This document shows, in pieces, positions 34,295-46,217 of a DNA stretch of 64,000 nt. The stretch comes from Scenedesmus sp. PABB004 (Eukaryota). A program made the translations under genes and the position numbers. The DNA is taken from NCBI GenBank assembly GCA_014905635.1, contig JABVCE010000025.1:434001-498000 (forward strand). Direction: 5' to 3'. Each line of letters begins with the position of its first letter. Positions within the stretch are counted from its first letter, which is position 1. Under the pieces are notes generated by a model that was given only the letters and a program-made list of their open reading frames with translations, did no database searches and was not told the DNA's origin.

Positions 34295-36462
34295 CTAGCA
34301 CTCGCAGCCCGCCGCGGCGGCCGGCTGCTGCACGTTCGTGAGGAACAGCCGCGCCGCCTCCATCAGGCACTCGCGCTGCCGGCCCGGCAGCGCGTGCAGC
34401 ATGGTCAGGCTGGGCGTGTCGGGCTCCCGCAGCAGGTCCCCGATCTGCCACGTCTGCCCGCAGGGGCTGCACAGCGTGAAGCCGCCGCCGCCGCCCAGCT
34501 GGTCGGCGCCCTGCGACGCGCGCGGGCGGCCGGGAGCGGCGCACCGGGGTCGGCGCGGCAGGCGCCCGCCGCAGCGCGCGGGCCGCCAGCGCCGCGAGCC
34601 TGCGCTGCTGCCCGACGGCCCGCCGCGCGCGCGCACCTCGGGCAGCACGCTCCACATGCCGAGCTCGCCCGCCGGCAGCGACGCCGGCAGCGCGGGCAGC
34701 ATGTCGCTGCCCGGCAGGCGCGGGCTGATGCCACACGCGATCGCCTGGTTCACGTCGACCACGAGCTGCGGCGGCTGCGAGCTCAGCGAGTTGCTGCGAA
34801 CGCGCTTCAGGCTGCGCCCGCTGTCGCCGCAGTCCTCCGCGCTCGGCTGCGCGGCGCGCTTGGCGCCCTGCGCGCGCGCGCGGGGGCGGGGGCGGGGGGA
34901 GCGGCAGCGTGAGCAGGGGCGGCGCGGCGCGGGGCGCCCCCGGCCCGCCGGGCGCCCGCCGCCCCCCGCGCGCGTGTGGCACCTTGGGGACCATCGGGCT
35001 CTCCGACTGCAGCGCCGAGTCGCTGGAGCTGCTGCCCGCCTTGGCGGCGGGCGCCGTCGCGGCGCCAAGCTCCTCGCTGCTGCCCCAGATGAGCTGCGTC
35101 GACTCGTGCAGCTCCTCGCCTCCGCCGCTGAGGTCGTGCAGCAGGTGCTGGAAGTCGTCGTGCGGGTCCTCCTGCGCGCAGATCGGGCCCAGCGCGTCGC
35201 CGCCCTTGCCGCCCGCGACGTCGTCCGCGCCGTCGTCCGAGCCGTCGCTCGCGGAGGGGCTGTCGGCGTCGCCGGCGGGCGCGGCGCCGCCGTCGCTGCG
35301 GCGGTCGTCGTCGCCGGCCACGTCCTCGGAGCCGCTGTCGCACGGCCCGGGCGCGTCGTCCTCCTGCTTGAACTCCGTGAGCAGCCGCTCCAGCGAGATG
35401 TTCTTGGACAGGAACTTGCTGCGCGGGGCGGCGCGCGCGGCGCGCGCGTGTGAGCAGCCAGCCCCGCCCACGCCGCGCGCCGGCACCCCCAGCGGCCGGC
35501 GCCGCGCGCGTCGCGCAGCGCGCGCGCAAGCTCACTTGGCGCGCATGCCCGCGGTGCCGGCCTTGCGCTTGAGCGTCGAGTTCCAGCGGTTCTTGACCGC
35601 GTTGTCGGTGCGGCCCGGCAGCAGCTTGGCGATCACTGCGGCGCGGCGGCGCGCGGCGGTCAGAAGACTGGCGACACGGACGACGCCGAGCTGCCGCACG
35701 CGCTGTCCCCCCCCCCCTTCCCCCGGCCGCAGGAGCGGCGCCGCCCTCACCCGACCACTTGTTGCCGTTGAAGTCGTGCGCCTGGCAGCGGCGGCGCGGC
35801 GTGTGGCGTCGGCGCGGCGCTCGCCCTGGCGCGCCGCGGGGTGCTGCCGGGGCGACCACCGGCCGCCCGGCCCGCCGCGAGCGCGCCGCGCGCGGGCCCG
35901 CCTCCGGCGCGCTCAAACGAGCTGCCGCTCGCCGTGCGGGCCCGCGCCGCGCCCGGGGCGCACCTTGATGATCACGGCGTCCTCCCAGTCACTGAACGTG
36001 CCCTTCTTGACCTCGGGATTGAGGTGGTTCCACCACCTGCGCGCGGGCGCGGCATGCCGGGCGCGTCGGGCGCCCGCCCCGCGCCGCACGCCGCCGCCCG
36101 GTCCTGCGCGCCGCCCCGGGCCCCACCTGAGGCGGCAGCTCTTGCCGGAGCGGCCCTGCGGCGCCAGGCGGGGCGGGGTGAGGCGGGGGCGGGGCAAGAG
36201 CTGCGCTCCGGCAGCCCCCGCGCGCGTGCGCGGCCGCACCTTGATCTTCTCCGCCACGACGCTCCACTTCTGGGCGCCGTTCATCATGACCAGGCGCCGC
36301 AGCTGCTCATCCTGCGCGGCGCGCGGCGCCGGGCGGGGCCTCGGCATGCGGGCCCGCCCCCCGCGCCCGCCCGGCCCCGCGGCGCGCCGCCTGCCCAGCC
36401 CCCACCTCCTCGGGCGTCCAGGCGCCCTTTTTGAGGAAGGGCTCCTCGCTGCTGGCCGGCAT
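34295..36462 (-). CDS. R2R3-MYB transcription factor, 9 exons
   Basis: Spliced: [112 protein letters not shown], followed by an acidic low-complexity C-terminus. Confidence 0.95.
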
Positions 36463-37319
36463 GGCGCGCGTGCGGGGCGACACCTTGCCCGACGGCCCCG
36501 GCGCGTCGCGCGGGGCGGGGGCGCGCCGCGCGCCGGCCGAGCGGGTGCGGGCGGCGCCGGGCGACGCGTCGGCGGGCCGCAGACGCTCCGCGGGGCAGCC
36601 GGGGGCGCGCGGCGATGTTTGACCGCGCCGATGGAGTGCGCGGGCCGGCTGGCTCGCGAGCGCCCGCCTGGCTGATCGGGGACGGCTCCTGTGCGCGCGC
36701 GCCGATCTGGGCACTCCGCAGCGCCGAGCGGGCGGGCAGGCCGCCGAGCGGGCGGCGGGGCGCAAAGCCCTCGCGCCAACACGCTCGCAGCGGGCGTCTG
36801 CCGCCTCTGCGGCGCACGGCGCGCGACGGCGGCATCGGTGCGCGCCCGCCGCCGCCGGCGCGCGCCGTGAGCGGAGCGCTGGCGCGGAGCTGCCCTGCGC
36901 TGTCGCCGGAGCTGGACAGCGAGCGTGCCGCAGCATGATGCTGCGCAGCGCTGGCGGCCCGAGGCGCTCCGGCCCGCCGCGAGCGCGCCGGCACGGCGGC
37001 CCCGGCGCGGCCGTGCGCGTGGGCGCCTGCGCCCAGTCAAACGCCGGGCGGGCCGAGGGGGCTGCGGCACACCGGCAGCACGGTGAAGGGTGCAGGGGCG
37101 CCCAGGGCGGCCTGCCGCGCCCTCTCAACCCGCGGCGCACGTGGCGCGCGCGCGCGGGCAGGCGCCTGCGCAAGCAGCGCGGCGGCGGCGCCGGTGACGG
37201 CCGCTGCGCGCGCACGCGACGCCCTGAGGGACTGCGGGAGGTCCCCACGCCGCTGATCGGGCGCGCAGCCCGACGGCCCGCCCGCGGCGGCGTGGGTTCC
37301 GGCGGCGTCACTGCCGGCG
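36450..37319 (-). repeat. Right arm of inverted duplication = native MYB upstream/5' region
   Basis: Contains the MYB ATG (36462) and ~857 bp upstream; matches 32156-33023 in reverse complement. Confidence 0.97.
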
Positions 37320-37477
37320 AAAGGATTGCAGACCGCCGCGCGCTCCGGCGACCGATGACGAGCGCAGGGGGCGGCCCCGCGACAGCAGCAACCAACCAAG
37401 GTGCAATGCGAACGGCGGCAAAAAATTGGTCGCACGGCGGCGGCACACGCGCGCGCGCGAGTCGCAGGCCCCCCCGA

Positions 37478-40400
37478 TCAGGCCCCGCGCTCGCCGCCGC
37501 CGCCGCCGCCGCGCGCGCGCAGCTCGTGCAGCTCGGCCGCGCGCGCCACGCGCGGCGGCGGCCGGTACCGCCGCAGCAGCAGCGACGACAGCACGACGCT
37601 GACGCTGCTGAAGACCATGCACCCGCCCGCAACCCAGGGCGGCATCTGCACGTGGAAGCGCGGGTACGCGAGCCCCGCGGCGAGGGGGATCATGACCACG
37701 TTGTAGCCCATCGCCCACACAAAGTTCCACTGGATGCGGCGGAAGGTGCGGCGCGAGAGGTCGAGCCCGACCAGCACGCCCTCGAGGTCGTCGCGCATGA
37801 GCACATAGTCGGCCGCCTCGACCGCGATGTCGGTGCCGCTGCCGAGCGCAACGCCGACGTCGGCCGCCGCGAGCGCGGGCGAGTCGTTGACGCCGTCGCC
37901 GACCATCGCGACGACGCGGCCGGCGCGCTGCAGCTCGCCCACGACGCCCGCCTTGCCCGCGGGCAGCACCTCGGCCGACACGTGCGCGGGCGGGATGCAC
38001 AGCTGCTTCGCGATCGCGCGCGCGGTGCGCCAGTTGTCGCCGGTCAGCAGGTGGCACTGCACGCCCGCCGCCTGCAGCGCGCCGACCACGCCCGCGGCCT
38101 CGGGCTTGAGCGGGTCGGCCACCGCCAGCGCCGCCACGGCCGCGCCGTTGATGCCGAGCAGCACCACCGTCTGGCCCAGCGCCTCGCGGCGCTGCATGTA
38201 CTCCTCCACGCCACCCGTCAGCGCGACGCCCTGCTCCTGCATCAGCAGACGGTTGCCCAGCGCGACGCGCAGCCCCGGCGCGGCGGTGCCCTGCTGCTGC
38301 TGCTGCAGCTGCGCCACGCGGCCGTGCTCGGCCGCCGCCTTGCCCGGCGCGCCGCCGGCGGCGCCGCCCGCGGCGACGGCGAGCGAGGCCTCCGGCAGCA
38401 GCACGGTCACGCCCTTGCCGGGGTGGTTCTGCGCGGGCGGGCGGGCGGGCGGGCGGGCGGGCGGGCGGGCGGGCGGCGGGCGGGCGGGCGGGCGGGCGGG
38501 CGGGCGGACCGCTGGCGTCGGCGGCGCGCCGACGGCGGGCCAGCCGCCGCGCGCGGCTGGCGGCCGGCGCCGCGCGCCGCCTGCCCCGGGCCCCGGCCCC
38601 GCGCGGCGCGCACCTCCACGTCCGGCACCTTGAGCACGCCGCGGCTCAGCATGCCGCGCAGCCGCCGCGGCGTGCCGGCGGGCGAGGCCGGCTCCACGGC
38701 GAGGCCCTCCATGCTGCGCCGCCGCGCGAGCGCGCGCGGGCTGCCGCTGGCCCAGCACGCCGCGTCCTCGACGCCGCTGCCGCTGCTGCCGGTGCGCGCG
38801 ACCGCGCGCAGCTGCGCGCCCCGCCGCCGCTCCGCCGCCTCGGCCTCGGCAAACGCCTGCCCCAGCGCCGGCGCGCCGCCCCGGCCGCCGCTGCTGCCGG
38901 GGTCGTCTTCGAGGCTGAACGCGGCCACAAACGGCTCGGCCGCGCCTTCCGCCGCGCTGGGCGGCCGGCTGAGCACGCCCTGCGCGTACTCCAGCACCGC
39001 GCGCGCGAGCGGGTGCTCGCTCGCCGCCTCGGCCGCCGCGGCGAGCGCGCAGACCTGGCGCAGCGTGTAGCCCGGGCGCAGCAGCACCGCGTCCGTCACG
39101 CTCGGCCGCCCCAGCGTGAGCGTGCCGGTCTTGTCAAACACGACCGTGTTGACGTGGTGCGCGCGCTCCAGCGCGTCGCCGCCTGCGGCGGGGCCGGCGC
39201 GGCGACAGGCGGCGTCGGCGGCGTCCGGAGGCGGCGACGCCGCGGCGGCGCTGCCCACGCGCGGGGCAGGGCGGGGCGGGGCGGGGCGGGCCGCCTGGAA
39301 AGGAGGGGGGGGGGGGGCGGCACGGCACACGCGCCCTTGATGAGGATGCCCAGCTGCGCGCCGACGCCGGTGCCGACCATGACGGCGGTCGGCGTGGCCA
39401 GCCCCAGCGCGCAGGGGCAGGCAATGACGAGCACGCTGATGCCAAAGAGCAGCGCAAACAGAAAGTGCGTGTGCCCCAGCGGCAGCCACGAGTCCGGGAA
39501 CGCGCCCGCGCTGCCGGCGACAAACCTGGCGGCGGCGGCGCGGCGCGCGAGGCGGCGGGCGTGGCGTGGGCATGGGCGCGCGTCGTTGGGCGGCGCGCGG
39601 CGCCGCCGGGCGCGGCCCCGCGCGGGCGCGCGCGCACCAGCCGGCCCAGGTGAGCAGCGCGAGCGCGACCACGACCGGCACAAAGATGCTGGCCACGTGG
39701 TCGGCGTACGCCTGGATGGGCGCCTTGCTCATCTGCGCGCGCTGCACCAGGCGCACGATCTGGGCCAGCACCGTGTCGGCGCCCACGCGCGTCGCCTGCG
39801 CGCCGGCGGCGATGGCGGGGGTGAGCGGCGCCGCGGCCGCGTCGTCCGGGCCGCGGCGCGCGGGCCGCGGCGCCGCGCGGTGCGGCGCGGGGCGCGCGGC
39901 GCCGCGCCTGCATGATCAGAGCGTTGCCGGTGTTGATGGTGCCGCCGATGAGCGCGTCGCCCTCGCGCCGCAGCACGGGCTCGCTCTCGCCGCTGATCAT
40001 GCTCTCGTTGACGTAGCTGCTCCCCGCGACGAGCACGCCGTCGGCGGGGATGCGCCCGCCCGGCAGCACCTGCGCGGTCGGCGGCGGGTGCGGCGCGGGC
40101 GCTCGGCCGCCGCGGGCTGCCGGCGGGGGGCGCGCTGCTGCGTGCGGCGCGCGCGCGGCGCTGACGCCAGGCGCCCGCGCGGCGGGCCCCCGCGCGCCTT
40201 GAGGTGGTCGCCCTGGTGAATGAGCGCGCTGGCCACGAGCTCCTCGTCCGCCACGGCGCCGGCGGCGTCGAGCGTGACGAGCGTGGCGGTGTCGGGCGCG
40301 AGCGCGAGCAGGGCCTGGATCGCCGCGCTCGTCTTGCCCTTGGCCGCGCACTCCAGGTACTTGCCCAGGATGACCACGCTGATGAGCATCGCGCACGTCT

Positions 40401-42295
40401 CAAAAAAGTCCTGGCACGCGGCGGCGCGCGCGGCGGCGCGTCGTGGGGCGGCGCGTCGCAGGACGGCGCGCGCGAGGCGGCGCAGCGCAGGGCGGCGCGC
40501 GCCGCGCGGCGCAGCGCAGCGCAGCGCAGCGCAGCGCAGGGCTCGCCGCGGGCCGCGCGCGCCGCGCCGCACGCCAACGCACCGTGGGCGTGTAGTGCAT
40601 CGCGTCGTGGCGCACGAAGCGGTGGTGCAGGATTGAGATGAGGCTGTAGGCGTAGCTCGCGCCCGTGCCCAGCACGACGAGCACATCCATGTTGGCCACG
40701 CCGCGGCGCAGCGCCTTGAACGCGGCCCGGTGGAAGCGCCAGCCGATCCAAAACTGCACCGGCGTCGCGAGCGCCCACTTGAGCAGCTCGTCGGCGCGGA
40801 AGCCAAACACCGGCGCCGACAGCACCGCCTCGGTGCCTGGCGCGCGCGGCCGGCGCGGCCGCGGCGGGACGGCGGTCGGCGGGTGGCGCGGCGGCGGCGC
40901 TAGGCGGGGGCGGGGCCGGGGTGCAGCCGCGCGCGCGCGCGGCGCCGCCGCCGCCGCGCACCCGGCAGCATGGGCAGGACCATGGCGATGATGAACACGG
41001 GCAGCGTGAACACGAGCGCGAGCGTGAGCAGGTGGCGCCACTCGTCGAGCTCCGCGCTGTGGTCGGCCCCGCGGCCCTCGTCGGCGCCGCCGAGCAGGCG
41101 CGCCTCAAAGCCCGCGCCGTCGACCGCCGCGAGCAGCGCGCGCGGCCCCGTCGCGCCGGGCTGGAACCACACCTCGGCGCGCCCCCCGACCGCGCACACG
41201 GCCGCCGACGACACGCCGGGCAGCGCCGTCAGCGCGGCCTCGACCGCGGCCGCGCACGCGGCGCACGTCATGCCCCGCACGCCCAGCGCGGCGCGCTCGA
41301 GCCCCGCGTTGCTCAGCAGGCGCGCATCAAAGCCCAGGTCCTCCACCGCCGCGAGCAGCGCGGCCGGCGTGGTGGCCGTGGGGCAGTACGTCACCTCCGC
41401 CTCGCCGCCCGTCAGCGACACCGCCGAGCGGCTCACGCCCGGCAGCGCCGCGAGGCCGCGCTCGACCGCGCCGGAGCACGCGGCGCAGGTCATGCCGCCC
41501 ACCGCGATGCGCGCGACCTGCAAGCGCGGCGCGCCGGGCGGCGCGCGGGCGGGCGGGCGGCCCGTCAGCGCCGCGGGCGGCCGCACGCTCGGGGGCACCA
41601 CGCCGCCGCCGCCGCCGCCGCTGGCGCCGCCGCCACATGCCGCCCCAGTCGCCCGCGCGCGGCGCACCTGCGGGCGCGCCGCGGACGCGTCGCCGTCGTC
41701 GAGCTCGTGCACCGAGAGCAGCTTGCAGTCAAAGCCCGCGCCGTCCACCGCGGCGACGAGGTCGTCGCTGCACGCGACGCCGCCGTCGTACGTCACCTCC
41801 GCCGAGTGCTGCAGCAGCGCCACCGACGCCAGGCTCACGCCCGGCACCGCCCTGCGCGCGCGCGTGCGCAGGGAGGCGGCAGCGCGGCGGGCGCGGTCGG
41901 CCAGCGCCGCGCGCGGCGGCGGCGAATGCGCGGCGCGCACGCGTGCTGTTGCGGTGTGACCAGCACCCAACCCCCCCCCCCTCCCGCACCTCAGCGCCGC
42001 CTCCACGGCGGAGGAGCAAGCGGAGCAGGTCATGCCCTTGACCGACAGCTGCGGCGGTGCGGCCGGCGCGGCGTGGGCGCGTGCGCGCGGCGGGGCGTGC
42101 GCGCGGCGGGCGCCCGCTGCTGCCGCGCCCGCCGCGCCCGCCGCCGGCGCCGCGCCGCCGCACCAGCGCGACGCTGTGCAGCGAGTGGGCCTTCGACGGC
42201 GCGACGGCCGCCATCTCCGTGTCCGCCACGCGCTCGTAGGGCGTCGCGGGGCCCCGCCCCAGCCCCAGCGCCTGCCGCAGCCTCCCCAGCGCCAT
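37478..42295 (-). CDS. Copper-transporting P1B-1 type ATPase (HMA5/RAN1/ATP7-like)
   Basis: About 11 exons. Three HMA domains (GMTCSAC, GMTCAAC x2), [60 protein letters not shown]...MVFSS Cu-type TM motifs. Confidence 0.96.
38433..38506. repeat. Intronic (GGGC)n microsatellite
   Basis: Long gcgggcgggcggg... run directly upstream of an ATPase acceptor; it reads (CCCG)n in the transcript. Confidence 0.85.
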
Positions 42296-42594
42296 GGCGC
42301 CCCGCTGCGCCTCCCAGCGCGCTGGCTAGTTTTGCCACATCCTCCACGCGCCTCGCCGAGGCTGTTGGTGCGCTACGCGCGGGCCCGCTGCTGCTTGCTG
42401 CCCAAGAACGCGAGCGGGCCACGGCGCACGCGGGCGGAGCTGGGATCGAGGGCAACGAGCTCTGCGAGTCTCCGGAGGCGAGCTGGGCGCTGGAACTCGG
42501 CAGCTCGGTCCCTCGCGCGCGCGGTTCTCGAGCGTAGCTGGTCGCGTTCTCGTGCTCGTCAGGCGCTGCGTCACACTGGTGGCAGAGCTGCTGC

Positions 42595-45500
42595 TCATGA
42601 GGCAGCGGCGCGGCCGCGGCGGCGCGACCTTCCCGCCGCCGCGCCCGGCCGGCAGCTGCCCGCCGCGCGCCCGGCGGCCCGGCTCTCGCGCCCAGCTCGC
42701 CCAGGCCTCCCGCGTCAGCTGCTGCCGCCCCCGGCGGCTCGCCGGCGGCGGCGCTCGCGGCGGCGCGGTCGGCCTCGAGCGCCGCGGCCGCGGCCTGGCG
42801 CGCCTGCTCGGCGCTGATGTCCTCCTCGACGCGCAGCCCCTCCGCCAGCAGCCGGCGGCGCTCCTCGTCGGCCGCGTGCGCGGCCGCGCGGCGCGCAAAG
42901 CCCTCCTCGAGCGCCGGCCAGTCGGCCCACGCGGCCGGCGGCGCGCCCGCGGCGCCGCCGCCGCGCGGCGGCCGCGCGCCGCCGGCCGCGCCGAGGCCCT
43001 CGAGCGCCATGAGCGTCGCCGCGGGCACGGCGTTGAGCCGCGCGGCGAGCGTCTTGAACGCGCTCGACTGCGGGAGCAGCATGAGCAGGCCGTACAGCGC
43101 GCGCAGCAGGTCGGGGTGCGCCGACGGCGCGAGCAGCTGCAGGCGCAGGAAGGCGTACGCCGGCGTCTCCAGCAGCTGCACGAGCCGGTCCACCTGCACC
43201 AGCACCTCCGCGCCCAGCGGCAGCGTCGCGAGCCGCGCGATGAGCGCCGCGGCGTGGCCGTACGCCTGCGCGAGCAGGCACAGCGACAGCAGCGCGCCTG
43301 CGCGCCGCGCCGCGCCCGCGGCGGCGGCGCCGGCGTCAGGGGCCGCGGCGAGGGGGCGCCGCGCCCGGGGGCGGCAGCGGCAGCGGCAGCGGCGGCGGCG
43401 GCGTGGCCGCGCGGCACACGGACGCACCCGCGCTGTGGCTCCAGCAGCTGTAGAGCGCCGCAAAGTGCGACGCGCCGTGTGGGCTGGCCGCGGCGTCGCG
43501 CAGCGCGTCGCGCAGCACGCGGACCTCGCCCGCGGTCAGCAGGATGAGGTTCAGCGCCTGGGCCCAGTGGGGGGGAGGGGCGTGCGGGGGAGGTGCGGAG
43601 GGGCCGTGTTGGCGGGCGGGCCGGCGGGGAGCGCGCGGGCCGGGCGCCGGCGAGCGCCGCGCAGGTGCTGTTCAGCTACGTGCGCCGGCGCCGCCGCACC
43701 TGCACCATCGTGCTCGCAAAGCACAGGTCCGGCTCGTCGTCCAGGATCGTCGCAAACTCCCGGAACACCACGGCCGGGCCCATCGCGGCGCAGAGGCGGC
43801 GGATGACGAGCGGGCCGCCCTTCTGCAGCAGCACCAGCCCCGCGTCGCCACGGAACCTGCAGCGGCGCGGCGGCGGCCGCGGCTCGGCGCGGGCGCGGGC
43901 GCGCGGGCGGCGGCGGCGGCTCGCGGCGGCGCGCGCGCGCGTCGGCGCCCCGCGCGCGCGTCGGTGCCGCGCGCCTGTCCAGCAGGCTCTTGAGCACGCG
44001 GCGGAAGTGCTGTGCGTGGCCGGCGATGCTGCCGAGCACGCTGAGCGCCTGCAGCACGACGCGCTCGCTGTCGCTGCCGAGCGCGTCGAGCAGCGCCGCG
44101 AGCAGCGCGTCGAGCTGGCCGAAGACCTCGTCCTCGTTGCGCACGAGCAGGAAGTGCACCCAGCGCAGCGCCTCGAGCCGCGTCGGCTCCTGCTCGCTGC
44201 GCAGCTCGCGCGAGATGATGGCGAGCACGGGCGGGACCTCGACCTTGACCGGCAGCTCCGCGACGGGCTGGAGGTTGAGCAGCGCCGCGTTGGCCTCCTT
44301 GGACACCTGGCAGAGGGCGCGCGGCGCAGGGCGGGTGCGGCGCGGGCGGCGCGTGTGAGGAGGGGCGGAGCCGCCGCGGCGTGGCGCCGCGCCGCGCCGC
44401 GCCGCGCCGCGCAGCGCAGCGCGCCGTGTGCGGGTGCGCCGCGAGTCGCGTCGCGCCTGCTGTATGTCGCGGTTGGGGTGGCTGATGTTGGGCAGCACCG
44501 CGCCGAGCAGGTCGGCGTACACGCCCACCAGCTGCCCGCTCGCCTGCTCCACAAACTCCTGCGGCAGCGGCGGCGGCGCGGCGGCGCGGCGCGGCGCGGT
44601 GGGCGCGTGGGCGCGCGCGCGGCCGTGCGGGCGCGGGCGCTGTCTGCCCGCCGCCTTGAACAAGACCGCGTGCCGGCGGGTCTCGCCTTGATCCACTTGA
44701 TCGCGGTAATGCGCGTGAACTCGTCCGCGCTGGAGGCCTTGTCCACCAGGATGGTCGCGAGGGCGACCCAGTCCACGCTCGGCGTCGCCTGCGCGCGGCG
44801 GCGGCGTGGTGCCGGCGCGCAGCGGGGGCGTGCGCAGCGGGGGCGCGCGCGCAGGCCCGCACACACACGCACACGCACGCACACACGGGCCGCGCCTGTA
44901 TCTCAACGAGGAACTCCATGAGGCACTTGTGCGCGGCGACGCGGATCTCGCGGTTTGGGTCGCTCAGCAGGTTGAGCAGGCCGTCGAGCAGCGCCGGCAG
45001 GTGCGCGAGCATGTCGAGGTCGGGCACGCTGTCCAGCACGCACACCTGCGGGTGATCCGCGCGCGCGCGCGCGCGCGCGCGGGCGCCGGCGGCGGCGGCG
45101 GGTCGGCGGCCCGCGCGCCGCCCGCCAGGCAGCGACGCCCGCCCCGTCCCGCCGAGCCTCCCCCCGCGGGGCGGCCGCGCAGCCGATCGCCGCGCAGCGC
45201 GCCGCCCACCCATGAGATGAGGAACTGGCGCTTGTAGGGGTTTGTCACGCGCAGGTAGTCGCGCAGGCGGGGGATGAAGCCCTCCACCGAAAAGTGGGGC
45301 GACGCCGTCACGATGTCCTGCCGGGGCGGGGCCGGGCCGCCACGCGGCGCGGCGGCGCGGGCGCAGGCGTGGGCCGGGCGCCGCGCCGCCGCGCGGCCGT
45401 GCGTGCGAGGCGCGCCCCCGCGCAGCGCGACGCGCGGCACGCAGCGCGGCGCGCCGGCGCTGGCGCGCCTTGACCAGGTTGTCCAGGAACTGCACCGCGT

Positions 45501-46217
45501 TCTGCACGTTGGTCTCGCTGTCGGCGCAGAGGCGGAACATCGCGTCAAAGACCTCGCTGAAAAACACGATAAACCCCTCGCGCGACACCTGGGCCAGCCG
45601 GCGCGGCAGCAGGGGCGGCGGGCTCGCGCGCGGCCCGCTGGCTCACGCCGCTGGCACGCCACGCGCTGCCCCGCTGCCGCGCCGCGCACGCGTGCCCCGC
45701 TGCCGCGCGGCGCCGCCCGCCCCGCTCTGCGGCCAGGTGCGGGCGCGGTGCCGCGCCTTTGCGATGTTGTAGAGCGCCTCGCACGCGTAGTAGCGCACGC
45801 GGCTGTCCTGGTCAGTGAAGCTCGCGAGCACGGGCGGCACGATCTGGCGCAGGTTGGCCTCGCTCGGCTCGCCCAGGCCCACCGTCGCCGCGGCGAGGCA
45901 CAGCAGCGCGCCCTGCGCGGCCGCGGCGCGCGGTGGGCGGTCGTGCGAGCGGCCGACGGGCGCGCGGCGCCGGCGCGCGCCCCGGCGGCGCAGCGCGGGG
46001 GCGCGGCGCGCGCCTTGCGGTGGTTGGCCTGCGGCGAGAAGGCGTACTCGGCGATGAGCTTGTCGATGATGGCCGACACCTTGCCCGCGTCGCCCGCGGC
46101 CGCGAGGCGCTTCACGATCTGCTCCACCTCCAGCGCCGCGGCCTTGCGCTTCTCATACAGCTTGTCCCCGATCTGCCGCAGCACCGCCTGCGGCAGCAGC
46201 TCCTCCACCGCCACCAT
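42595..46217 (-). CDS. VAC14: VAC14 (PIKfyve/Fab1 complex scaffold)
   Basis: At least 11 exons. LRQIGDKLYEKRKAAALEVE, ANHRKGALLCLAA, DQDSRVRYYACEALYNIAK, LDNLVKDIVT, RQFLISW, ALYSCWSHS, QVDRLVQLLETPAYAFLRLQLL, LLRALYGLLMLLPQSSAF. The 3' end is uncertain (a possible further intron). Confidence 0.93.

Noticed and set aside
32156..37319. Autonomous DNA transposon with long TIRs
   Set aside because: No transposase inside, no evident target-site duplication, and the arms consist of the host gene's own 5' sequence.
42030..42600. VAC14 reading frame extending over the Cu-ATPase start (overlap or fusion)
   Set aside because: The open frame is likely a GC artefact; a further intron or earlier stop is more plausible and no conserved sequence supports the extension.
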